A stretch of DNA of 64,000 nucleotides from assembly GCA_015680685.1 (NCBI GenBank), contig MNCI01000673.1:308486-372485 (forward strand), given 5' to 3'. Shown here piece after piece: positions 1 to 10,946 of the stretch (positions within the stretch are counted from its first letter, which is position 1; each line of letters opens with the position of its first letter). The position numbers and the translations under genes are program-made. The stretch is from Gnetum montanum (lineage: Eukaryota; Plantae; Gnetophyta). Under the pieces are notes generated by a model that had not been told where the DNA came from, searched no databases, and saw only the letters and a list, made by a program, of their open reading frames with translations.

Positions 1-1037
1 ACTCGAATTCCTACTTCTGAAACTATGAACCCAAGCATCTTGCCTGATTTGACCCGAAAGACACATTTTTTTGGGTTCAGTCTAAGCTCATATTTTAAAC
101 AACGCTTAAGTACCAAGTCTAGGTCTTGTATATGCTGCTCTTGTATCTTTGATTTAACAGCTATATCATCTACATAATCATTGAGCGAGTGAAGGAGGTA
201 ATCACTAAAGATGAAGGTCATTGCTCGTTGATACATAGCACCAGCATTCTTTAAGCCAAAGGGCATCGTTGTGTAACAAAATGTTCCCCATGGTGTCATG
301 AAGGTTGTCCTAAGTTGATGTTCAGGGTAAATCCAGATCTGATTATATCCTGAGAAGACATCCATGAAAGATAACAGTGCATGCCTAGCGGTTGAGTCAA
401 CCAGTTGATCAATACTAGGTAGTGGAAAATCATCTTTTATGGTCGCTAAGTTGAGGTCCCAGAAGTCAATGCATAGGTGAATGCTCCCATTTTTCTTAGG
501 GAAAATGACCATGTTGGATGCCCAATCAGCGTAGTCAACAACGTGAATGAAACTAGCTTGATAAAGTTTGGTGATCTCACTGTGAACTGCCAATGCTATC
601 TCAGGTATGACTTTACATGTTTTTTGTTTCACTGGTCTTAACTTCGGGTCGAGTATGATGTTATGTTGGACTATTCGACGGTCAAGCCCAGGCATGTCAG
701 TATAAGACCAAGCGAATGCTTTGATGTTACTTTTTAGCATTGTTGCTATGTCATTGGAGAGTTGTGGGTCTAGTAAAGTACTTAGTTTTAGTGTCTTGAC
801 TTCGCTGTTTAGCATAGTGATGGGGGTTTCAATTAATGGGTCCTCGGTGATGTTATCGGCTTCAATATCCAGCGATTTCATCATGTTCTGAAAGCATTCT
901 ATAGTTTCCTCTGTCGATGCCATGGAGTTTTTGTAAGTCGATGTGTCTAAATCAATGGACTTGCTGTTCATCTCCTGTTGGATAGGTCCGTATGGTCCAT
1001 CGATGAACAATGGTGTGAATAGTTGCTTACTATCCAT
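1..1037 (-). CDS. pol: Pol polyprotein, reverse transcriptase domain (open frame, runs off the window)
   Basis: Manual translation from ATG 1037 has no stop: MDSKQLF...AFAWSYTDMPGLD...CIDFWDLN...KDDFPLP...FMDVFSGYNQI...MPFGLKNAGAMYQRAM...YVDDIAVKS...LNPKKCVF..KMLGFIVS. It is absent from the ORF track because no stop falls inside the window. Confidence 0.95.
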   Translation of the reverse strand, partial: MDSKQLFTPLFIDGPYGPIQQEMNSKSIDLDTSTYKNSMASTEETIECFQNMMKSLDIEADNITEDPLIETPITMLNSEVKTLKLSTLLDPQLSNDIATMLKSNIKAFAWSYTDMPGLDRRIVQHNIILDPKLRPVKQKTCKVIPEIALAVHSEITKLYQASFIHVVDYADWASNMVIFPKKNGSIHLCIDFWDLNLATIKDDFPLPSIDQLVDSTARHALLSFMDVFSGYNQIWIYPEHQLRTTFMTPWGTFCYTTMPFGLKNAGAMYQRAMTFIFSDYLLHSLNDYVDDIAVKSKIQEQHIQDLDLVLKRCLKYELRLNPKKCVFRVKSGKMLGFIVSEVGIR

Positions 1038-1168
1038 GCTTGCCCCTGCTAAGTCACAAGAAGCAACGTTAACAAGGGGGGTTTGCTAGTTGTTTTATGA
1101 TGCTAATTCAAATACTTGAATGTGGTTGAAGTATGCTAAAGTGGGTTCATTGTCTCACTTAGCCACAT

Positions 1169-1299
1169 GGTAGTTTAAGGCCTTACCAGGCCATTTGCGG
1201 CAGTTTAATGCCTTACCTGGCCATTCGTGGCAGTTTAAGGCCTTACCGGGCCATTTGCAGCAGTTTAAGGCCTTACTAGGCCATTCGACAGTTTAAGGA
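1169..1299. repeat. 30-bp tandem repeat (CAGTTTAAGGCCTTACCGGGCCATTTGCGG-like), about 4.5 copies
   Basis: Units are directly visible. Related TAGTTTAA(G) units occur at ~6445-6720, ~28700-28755 and, inverted, at ~59135-59245. Confidence 0.9.
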
Positions 1300-1529
1300 T
1301 TCTAGTTGATTATACAATTCGTAATGCTTGTTAAGTGTGGAACTATGAGATGAAGAGTATGTATCAAGGTGTTTAATGTATGTTTACATACTCCTCTATC
1401 TACTCGAAGTATGTTTATGTTTAATGATTAAAATGCTGATTTCCTAGAGGATGGGGTGGTGTGGATAGCATGGGGGTGCAGTTAAACTGAAACAAATGGT
1501 GGCATAAACACCAAGGTCGAACCAGGGAC

Positions 1530-1908
1530 AGCGTGAACTTCTTAGCATGAACCCAAGCGTGAACCAGAATGTGAACCCAGAGTGTGGGGATTAGGTAAAA
1601 TAGGCGGAGGAAGGTGCAGATATGGTGTCAATAGAGGTAGCAAGGGCGACACTGATCGGAGTGTGACGATTCGGGTGAACGAGTTTTGGCGTGAAGTTGT
1701 GCTCCAGAGAATCACTTAGCGTGCATGGGGGTGGAAACTCGAGCGTGAAGAGTCTGCACGCCACAACGTGGACCTCTCCAAACATAGTGTGAACCTTAGC
1801 CAAACCCCAGTGTGAAGAGCCTGCACGCCGTAGCGTGGACCTCTTCAAACATAGCGTGAACCTTGGCTAAACCCCAGCGTGAACCTCGGCCAAACCCTAG
1901 CGTGAAGG
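1530..1908. repeat. GCGTGAAC-core tandem array including two ~67-bp units
   Basis: tgaagag(t/c)ctgcacgcc...gtggacctct(c/t)caaacatag(t/c)gtgaacctt occurs twice, followed and preceded by shorter gcgtgaacc units. Confidence 0.85.
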
Positions 1909-2349
1909 CATGGTCAAGGGGAAGTAGGTGTGGGACTCGGGGAGGAAAGAGCCAGACTTAACCTTCACCAAGGAGAGTGAGGTGATGCTCCGATGCCTAC
2001 CCAAGCCTATGGTGGCATCGTGGTCCAGATCAGTGCACCAGTAGGCCCTAATTCCCTATCGAGATTTGCATTTTTGCTTGCTGTTTTCATCCATTTGTGT
2101 TCAGTTTTTCTTTCATTCTCAACACATGGGATTCATTAATGTGTAAGAGGGGGTAGAATGTCTAGCGTGTAGGGTCTGTATGCTACGTGTTCAGTGTGAA
2201 GGGTCCATATGCTACATCCTCAACGTGAAGGGCCTACACGCTGAGCGTACAGGGTCTATACACTGCATGTGAGACCTAAAAAAAAGTTTTCAAGTGCTGG
2301 CCCTAGTGTGAAACCCATATTGTTTTCCATAGCTTACCAATTCTGGTCC

Positions 2350-5300
2350 TTGAACATGTGCAGATGTCGCAAACCTTTCCTTCTTGTGGTGGAACTTGTT
2401 GGTGTTCTGGCATGGTTCGGGCCTATTGATTATGATGAATTGGTACTTGATATGACTATTGATCAAAATGGGGTATGGTTCAAAATGGGTGTCAATGAAT
2501 TCATTGCCTTCGTGTTAGAAACATTCAGTGTGGTGATATGGTCTCACCTAAGTGAACGATCAGCACAGAGCATCCTTGGGACCGTGTTACTAGGATCGTC
2601 AAATGGTATAGTGGCTTTCATGGTTGATGTTGATGAAGGATTATCCATGGTAGGGGATGGTGTCTTTGGAGGGCACAGATCCACCCATCCATTGACGCGT
2701 GTATGGGACTTATTATCATGTAGCCCTCACAACATCAATAGGACCTTATTCTTAGCATCTCGTGTGCATACCTTGTTCCAGAATCCCCCTGGAACGATGT
2801 ACAGGGTAGAAAGATAAGATTGTTTAATTCATCATTTTTCCTTTAATGCCTAGTGGTTGTTCATGTTTTGATTGTTGTTCCTTTGCATGCCTCAATTTGA
2901 TAAAGAAGGAGTATGCATAGGTGATGACGGTCTTGCTTTGGCTCATACTACCTTAGAGGCTTTCATGGTAGGTCCCAGTCTCCGTGCCATTTTAGCACAA
3001 ACTAAGGGCAAAATTGTTCATTTTCACAAATGGTACTCTAAGGCTTTTGCACAATGTGAGGCTCCAGGGTGGCTACATGGGGATTGGTCTCATGATGGGC
3101 CAGTTTTCCTGTGTGATGCTGATTTAACTTCTAATGATCTTAATCCATTGTCTAATGGTGAGTAATAGTTTTTTGACTCTTTACGTTTGTCATTTTGCTA
3201 TCGCGTTGCTTGTATTAACTCTATGGTTTTATCTTGTGCGTGCAGTGGATATCACTCCTGATGGAGTCACCATAGAGACTGGGCAAACTAAGGGCACTTT
3301 GTCCATGAAGGTTGGAGATATCGACGATGCACAACGATGGTTGCATGATGAGGCATCACCACACATTATCGGTTGCTTGAGCGATGCTGGCCTCATGGAG
3401 CTATTTACCACTTTGAGTCCTAATGTCTTCGTGACCGAGATGATTGTAATTATTGATTCATTCAACAAGGCTATTACTTACTATAGCACTCGTATCAAGG
3501 GAATTAGAGTGGTTTTCCATCTGTCGGTAGAGTTCTTTTCAGACCTCTTCGGCATGCTGGCGGATGGGGCTAGAGTGACTTCGGATAGAGTGCAAAAAGA
3601 GGTCAATGTGGTTCACAAGATGGAGGAATGGCTGGGTATACCCAAAGGTGCTAAGGGTTTTCCTATGCAGGGAAAATCAAAAGTAGCCAAAGTAAATGAG
3701 CTATATCCACTATTCAGAGCATGAGTGTTTTCTAAATCCCTATCTCAAGTGAAGACTTTTGGGGTAGAATCTGTGTGTATCATGCGTACAATTCTAGAGA
3801 CTAGGGTGCGTTACAATTGGGCTCAGTTTTTACTTTCAGGTTTCTATGGGGAGAAAGTGAGATTGTGTTCAAATGTTGAGGCACAGTTCCATTTTATCTT
3901 TGCATTCTTTCCCGGTTACCTTTGTCAGCTAGCTGAATTTCTAGTAGTTCGTGTGGGCAACGAGTATGTGTTAAGGGATCATGGCCAAATATCCTGCTTG
4001 TGGATTCACCATTTGTTTGAGGTGACCAAATCTCAAGATGCCCTTGAAGGGATTGACGAATCGATCTCTATTACAATGGGGGGATCCACTAGTCACTCAA
4101 TTCAAATGTGTGACAGCGTAGGGCTAGAGCCGGATGGTGTGCCTTATACTGCTAGGAGAGCTGATCAAGTGATCAAAGAGATAATCAGGAAGGCAAAATC
4201 TAGAGCTCAAGGACCTAAGAGCTCTAGAGAGGTTGCTCCAACTTTAGATGAGCCAAGGGTGAAATGCATACGGTTTAAAATATCTGCACGTGGTAAGTAA
4301 GCATGATTCATTCATTTATCCATGTTTTATCATCATTGTCCTATTTTATTTTATCATTTATGCAAAACTAATGTTGGACTCATGAATGTCCTCAGAGCCA
4401 ACTCCTGAAGTAAGAAAGGAGGGGTTAGCACCAATCTCGGAGGAGGAAGAGATCCCAACCAGCCAAGATGGGAAGGAAGAGGTGGGTAACGACGAGGTAG
4501 AAATTCCCATATCTTCGAGGGAAGAAATAAAAGAAGGAGCAGAATTCACCACAGAAAAAGATCACACTGGTGAACGGCTCAAGCTGATGAGATGTTTGAT
4601 GATTTCTTCGCAGGAAGGTTAAACCTTGGCATCCCTCCGAATCTAGAAGAGGAGAGGGATTTCGGTATGTTTTCGTCATTATGTTTACTTGGGTTTTGAA
4701 TTATTTCATTTCTATTATTTAGAGTTTGGACTTCATATTTTTGGCGCTACAAGATGCAGATGTTGAAACTGGGATGACTCCTAACATTCACTTAGACATA
4801 CTTGCAGTGAAGATTCCAATGGAAATGACCACCGAAGTTGGTTCATCTCCCATACATGAACCATTTACTTGGACCAAAATTCCAAGTAAAATAGATTTCA
4901 TCCATGGTATTGTCAGTGAGGTAGTTGATCGCATCCAACAAGCTTATCCTAAAATAGGTACATGCGTTTTAAAATTCTGAGTCTTTTTCTTTTCGCATTT
5001 GTTCTACTATCTGATGTCTAATGTATATGTTTGCTATATTGATAGGTGTTGAACTGAAGTGGTATCCATTCAAGGCTACTTGTATTAACAGCTTGCCTGA
5101 ACTACCATAAAAAATTGAGCAAGTACCAAGACAAATCTATGACAATGTGGCAGAATGTGTTGTGAAAAATGCCAAGTCGCTTTGGACTTGTAGGCGTTCC
5201 ATCAAAAAGCTATGGTTGCAGATTTAGGCAGGGAAGAAAGAGATCACCAAAATATTAGTAGAACGAGATGACCTTAAGTCACGTTATGAGTTTGCCTTTG

Positions 5301-6030
5301 CTAGGTTGACAGGTGATCATTCTTGGTGAACCTCCGAGGTTGGTTACACTAGATATTGGAAACTATTGAACCACCAAGTAACTATGATTTGGGAGCTAGC
5401 AAAGCGGAAGGCACAGATTGATTTGCTGAATCTCAAGTGTCAGGATTGGAAAGCTTTTGCCCCTAAGGTATGAAAATGGGGTCAAGATGAGAAGAATCAT
5501 AAGCACCATTATAAAAAATCGTTAAAGGAGGTATCCATAGAGAAGCGTCAACTGGAAATCTTCGTAGAAGGTTTAGGCCTACGGTCCTCGTTTGACGCCT
5601 TTGCTAGGCACACTGTTGTAGAGATGGAATCTCCTAGGTGAGTAATCACCACAGCTTCTGGGGAGGTTTCTGTTGGTGAGTTTCCTCTTAAACGTCCTAC
5701 TTGGTCTATTGTGGACAAAGGGAAGGCATTATCCAATGTTGATCCAGGCCTAGATGGAACTAACTGGGCAAGTGTCCCTGAAGAAGAAATCCTTCGTCGG
5801 CTAGAGTTCGGTCTAAGGGGATCCTCTTCAGTAAGTTGTTTGAATTTGTAACTTTTATTTGTTTTTTTGCAGGAGATGTTGTCTTCCTTTTTGATCTATT
5901 AGTTAATTAGTTAATTATTTTCTTTTCCTTTTATAGAATCTTGGTGATGACAATGGCCAGGAGGGTGGCTCCAGTGGACGGGAAACACAGGAGGTAGGAG
6001 AGCTCAAGGAGAAAGCCCCTTCTGATGTTT
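2350..6030 (+). pseudogene. Multi-exon antisense extra gene of Tat-1 (Transposase_32/env-like-type N-terminal region, acidic linker, coiled-coil C-terminus), decayed
   Basis: AT-rich candidate introns at 3158-3245, 4293-4365 (acceptor appears mutated CAG>CAA) and 4958-5045 join the track ORFs in frame. Further candidates are 4665-4722 and 5832-5937. Internal stops look like C>T changes. A homolog lies at ~25400-28250. The 5' end is uncertain and the domain name is inferred. Confidence 0.75.
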
Positions 6031-6728
6031 AGTTTCTTGAATCCTACATGTTGTTATTAGTTATGTTTCTATGGGTTGTAAACAGAAATTTGTTTTTGTT
6101 GTTTTTGAGTTGAGTTATATGAACAGACGCATAAATTTGGCTAACTTTTGTAATTGTCCATTTAAATATTTATGTACATATATTTTTATTTTCATATTCA
6201 AGTTTTTTGTTTCATTTTATTTTGTCTGAATGTTGAGAAGAAATAATGTAGGGACATGAAGCAAAAATATTTTTACTTGTTTTGTTGTTTAAGTGTAAGC
6301 ATGAAATAAAGTGCAAATGTAACCCAAACGATAATTATGCTAAAGGAAGACACAAAGAAAAGTGTAATTTGTATTGCAAAGATATAATCATAGAATGTAA
6401 ATTGGGAATTTAAACTTTTGAGGCAAACGAAAGTAAACTTGCTCTAGTTTAAGGCTGTTTCAGGCTATTCGTATTGTGCGTGTCAGTTTAAAGTCATGAC
6501 GGACTGCAGCATGATCGTTCTAGTTTAAAGCCATTTTGGGCCATCAATAAACAAGGGGGATATCACTTGATACTACAAGTTTTAATGTAAACTGGTCATT
6601 TCTGATCGTGGCTAGTTTTATGTCATTGCGGACATGTGATAGTTTGATGTCATTCCGGACTTGCATAGTTTATCGTCATTTCAGACGATCGTAGTTTAAC
6701 GTCATTGTGGACTGGTGTAGTTTTTTAA

Positions 6729-7760
6729 TTATTTAGTAACTTTTTGATGTTTTTTTTTTATGTTGGGAGTGGGTTTAATGGGTATCATCCGATACTCAGC
6801 ATCTCCTTCGCTAATTATGTTGAATGGTAGCTCTGACCAGGAGACGTTTGGCAGAGTAAGCTCTGACTTAGTATCATCAGATGTTTTTGGGTTAGGTGGT
6901 GTTTCCTTGGTTTTTGAGGGGTCACATTTTATGGGTTGATCATCACTTTGAGTTTTTTTTGTTTCTTTTAGTATGGAAATTTTGGAAATTCTCTTCGGGT
7001 TATGTTCAGGTGGTGTGTCCTCTTGTTTAGGCCCCTCAAATTTAACTTCAGAGCCTTGATTTGCCTTTGTATGAGATGAGATGGTGGATGTAGTAGTATC
7101 CCCATGGATAATGATTTCACCCCCCTCGTAGGGTAAGTGAATTTCTTGATGAATGGGGGAAGACACTACTTTTAGCTGGGCTAACCAAGGTCATCCCAGG
7201 ATTAGGTTAAAACCAGGCATTTCATCAATAACCACGAAATCTGCAGATGTGGGAACCGATCCCCTTCTATGAAATCCAAGGTCAATGTACCTTTGACTAC
7301 TACTCGTGAACCATTAAATGACTTTAGGTAGGTCGTAGATGTCAATTTAATTAATTTTGTAAGTCCTAACTATTCAATAATAGGATAAGGTACCACGTTT
7401 GTGGTAGCTCCGTCATCTACATGCACTCGATGTATTTGGAACTGATTGAATCGTATGGTTATAAACATGGGTTTGTGGTTGATGCCTCCAGTCTCCTCAT
7501 CGATGTTAATGTTTTTAGGATGAAATCGCAATGATTTAGTTTTAGATCCCTGTTGTGTAGAAATTACCATGTGTATAGAGGGTTCATTTGTAGGTAGATT
7601 TTCACTAAATGGGATCGATGTCAACATTTGTACTAAAGCATCGCGATGAACTGGTGAGGTCAATATGAGATCGTACAGGCTTAATGATGTATTCTTTTTT
7701 TTAAGGGCTTGTGTAACCTATGTTAGAGCACTAGCTAGGTCCTTACCATTTGGTATAATC
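6729..7760 (-). pseudogene. Tat-1 aspartic protease region and end of the gag-protease ORF
   Basis: HKPMFITI...VHVDDGATTNVVP (catalytic Asp motif), then FNLILG.PWLA and SPIHQEIHLP. The ORF ends in WSELPFNIIS..EYRMI, a motif also seen in the other two copies. Confidence 0.85.
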
Positions 7761-10330
7761 TTGTCCATGACCATTTGGTCCATTGGACCTAACAGTTGTA
7801 TCTCGCGTGGGGTAACTTTCTTGTTATTTTTCATGGCTGTTGGGTTTGATGTGTGTTGCATTCTTGATTTTTCCTCATTCATGCTTGGTTCATTGTTATA
7901 AGGGGCCATAGGTATTGCGCTTAACGAAGTTGGTTTTGGAGGGTTCCAGTGCAAGGTGTTGACGTTCCCTCTCCAAACATTCCCTAGTGAGCCTATCTGC
8001 CAGGCATTCTCGTATGGGTAGTGCGGGAACATTTGGGATTAGAACATGGGGTTGTTTCGGGACCCAAATGATGAATGGGGCAGGATTGGCTTGTGTCTGA
8101 GGAGTATCAGGTTGTCTAGACACCTTGACCACAAACGGGGTCAGGCGAATTGCAGTCGGTGCCTCTATCATAACAACCGTCGGTGGCACCTAGACCATGA
8201 AGGGAGTGGGCTAGTTTGATGGTCTCACGTTAGCGGTTGTATCGGCAGGGGACATTCGCACAAAAAATGGTTTGGTTTGGGGTGGTATCTACATTGTTAC
8301 CACCGCAGGAGGTACTCAGATGGCCCGTGGTGTTTGCTGGGTAGGAGGATCATGTGGGGGATATGAAGGTTGAAGTGATGTTAGTGCCTTAGGGGGAACA
8401 CGAACTACGAAGGGTTTATTTGGTGTTTCATAGCTATTATCCACATCGATGATGTTAATTGTGTATGGAACTTATTTAGTATTTAGGGGGTCTTTATATA
8501 TGCCCATGCACTTGTTTTGTGGTTTGACCGAGTTGGCCTCATCAAAAGTGATTTCACCTGCATCAATCATTCATTGAATATCTTGCTTCAAGGTGAAATA
8601 ATAGTCGGTGCCGTGCCCATTATGCTGGTGGTACTTGTGAAAGTGGTCTATTCTAAAGCCTCTTGGAACTGGGGGCTCGTCCAGTGTTGCCAAGCTTGGA
8701 TTCTTGACCAATTCGCAGAATCAATCATGTCTTTGAATTACCACGGGGGACAATTGTTTATGTTTCTTTAGCTTGGCTTTGAAGAGTTGGTCAAATAATT
8801 GTGAAGGTTTCATGGGCAATGGCATGTATTGAGAGGGATTCATCCTCTTAAAGCTTCTCACATGACTTTGCATAGCATTTTGTGATGTGGACAGTTCGGG
8901 TGTAGCAGCAGGGGTAGGTCTAGTAGAGCTAGTAGGGACGACAGGTGGTTTACTTTGTTGTTTCGTATTTATCTGTTGAGTTTCTACGACTGCTGCTACT
9001 ATCACCTTAGCCTTTTCTTTGTCTTTCTTAGTACGTTGATTTTTAAAGGCTAATAGGATCATCTTGAAGGCTAATAGGATCGAAGAGGAGCTAATAGGAT
9101 CATCTTGGTAAAAGTCAAATACTTTAAGCTCTTCGTTGTTGATCATTTTGAGGCGTTTTACCTCATCAGTGAGTTCTTGCTTCAACCTTTTAGCTTCAGC
9201 CTAGTCTTGGGCCTTAGGTGATATGGTAGGTGGGTTATCTTGTGCGGTATGAAAGTTGGATTATTGTACGGTGGGCTGGAAGAAGGAAAGTTGAATGGTC
9301 GAAGGTTGCACTTGTGAAATATTCATGGTAGGCACTATTAAAGGTGGGATAATGTATGGAAAGGGTTGTTGTTGTTGCTGCTGTGGTACTTGAGGGATGT
9401 TCATGGGTGGAATTGTAGGAGGTGGTATGTTGTAATGAGGGGGTTAATGCGCTTGCATGCCAGTCATGGCCCTTTGTCCAGTCATGATTCATGAAGGAGC
9501 ACCCTGAACTTGTTGAGTTGAAGTGGTGAAGGGTGCCCCTTGGGTTTGAATTCATGGTATATAGTGAGTGGATGTAGAGGCGGGTATCATAGAAGGCATC
9601 CCAATCACTTGGGGTAGGAAGGTCACTCCTACATTATTTTGAGGGGGCTATTGGGGCTGTACTTGTAGGAGGTAAGATAATGTAGTGACTGGAGGAATAG
9701 TGGGGATAGGTATATTGAAATGGGTATCAGTCATGGGGAGAGTGGGAACAAGAGTGGATGCTTGCTATTGAGGCACATGTGGTTGAGTGGTTTTGAATGA
9801 ATGGAGGGACATATTCTCCCTTGTGAAAGGATGGAATAACGGGTTCGTGTAAGTATGCGGACTGAGAGTATGGTATGATTCCTCATGTTCGGACTGAGCA
9901 GCAAAGTCATCCTCCTCTTCTGATTGGGGGTTTAGCATGGACTAGTCTAGGGTCTGACTCCTAGCTAGGAGGAGTTGTGAGATGAGCTTGGAGTAGTGCT
10001 CTGGGAGAGGGATGATGTCATATGGGAAGGGGATGAACTCATGTCCTCCCTTATTGACAAGTTCATACTGTTTCTTTGCCTCCAGTTTAGTTTGATCTAT
10101 CGCCAAGCCAGCTTGGATCTTTACACATATAAAATTATACTGTTCTTGTGTTATGACATTAAATGATGGATCTTTCCCTTGCAGTCTGAGTGATTGACGA
10201 GGTCCCCCATGGGGGTTGGCCTCACCATGGGCCCCTGTGGGTTGCACGATGGGCATCAGCATTGCTGTGGGGTCAATGACGTCTGGGGTGGACTTGGTTG
10301 AAACATTGGTATTGGCAGTATTCATGATGA
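7760..10330 (-). pseudogene. gag: Tat-1 gag (Pro-rich region, YH..GH zinc-knuckle-like motif; capsid core deleted)
   Basis: RQSLRLQGKDP...YELVNKGGHEFIPFPYD (9942-10442), FDFYQD, and FHKYHQHNGHGTDYYFTLKQDIQ.MIDAGEI at ~8560-8650. Collinear with the gag at 30400-32650. Confidence 0.8.
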
Positions 10331-10439
10331 AATGGTCATAAGTGTGACAAGGTGGATGGGAGATAGTGTTAGTGTGTACAGGTGAGAATTTGGCTAAGTA
10401 TGAAACAGGTATCCTTGTTAACATATAACCCACAGCGTA

Positions 10440-10755
10440 CACCTAGGTCTGGCAGTGTGCAGGTTATCTATAGCTAAGTTTGGCAGTGTGCAGGCTATCT
10501 ACACAACATGCACCCAAGTTTGGCAGCATGTAGCTAAGTTTGGCAGCGTGTAGGCTATCTACAAAACGTGCACCCAAGTCTGGCAGTGTGCAGCTAAGTT
10601 TGACAGCGTGTAGGCTGTCTACATAGCGTACACCCAAGTCTGGCAGTGTGCAGCTAAGTTTGACAATGTGTAGGTTGTCTACACAGCGTGCACCCAAGTG
10701 TGGCAGTGTGTAGCTAATTTTGGCAGCGTGTAGGCTATCTACACAGCATGTAGAC
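10440..10755. repeat. 60-bp tandem repeat (about 5 copies) in the Tat-1 5' UTR
   Basis: cacccaagtctggcagtgtgcagctaagtttggcagcgtgtaggctatctacacagcgtg recurs with a 60-bp period. Confidence 0.95.
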
Positions 10756-10923
10756 TAAATCCCAGCGTATAGGCTTTAACAACCAGTAGGGTGGACAGGC
10801 AATGTATAGACAGAGTACGGGCTAGACAATGTGTACACGTTAAGATTGTAGTAGATCTGGCTATACAGGGTGAAGATTTGGCAGGTTTGAATAGTGGGTC
10901 AGAGTATGTTTAAACACCAGTGG

Positions 10924-10941
10924 GCCCTCCTTCTAGTGCCA
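10924..10941 (-). promoter_or_regulatory. Primer-binding site complementary to tRNA-Asn
   Basis: Minus strand reads TGGCACTAGAAGGAGGG, versus the complement of the plant tRNA-Asn 3' end (CCCTCCTTCTAGCGCCA). It lies 5 nt from the LTR CA end. Confidence 0.85.
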
Positions 10942-10946
10942 TTTTC

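Noticed and set aside
1169-1299. 30-bp direct repeats as a CRISPR array
   Set aside because: The units are head-to-tail with no unique spacers, there are no cas genes, and the context is a eukaryotic retroelement.
10464-10697. ORF with 20-aa repeats (LPDLGA.CVDSLH..KLS) resembling an LRR protein
   Set aside because: It is only the translation of the 60-bp UTR tandem repeat between the PBS and gag.
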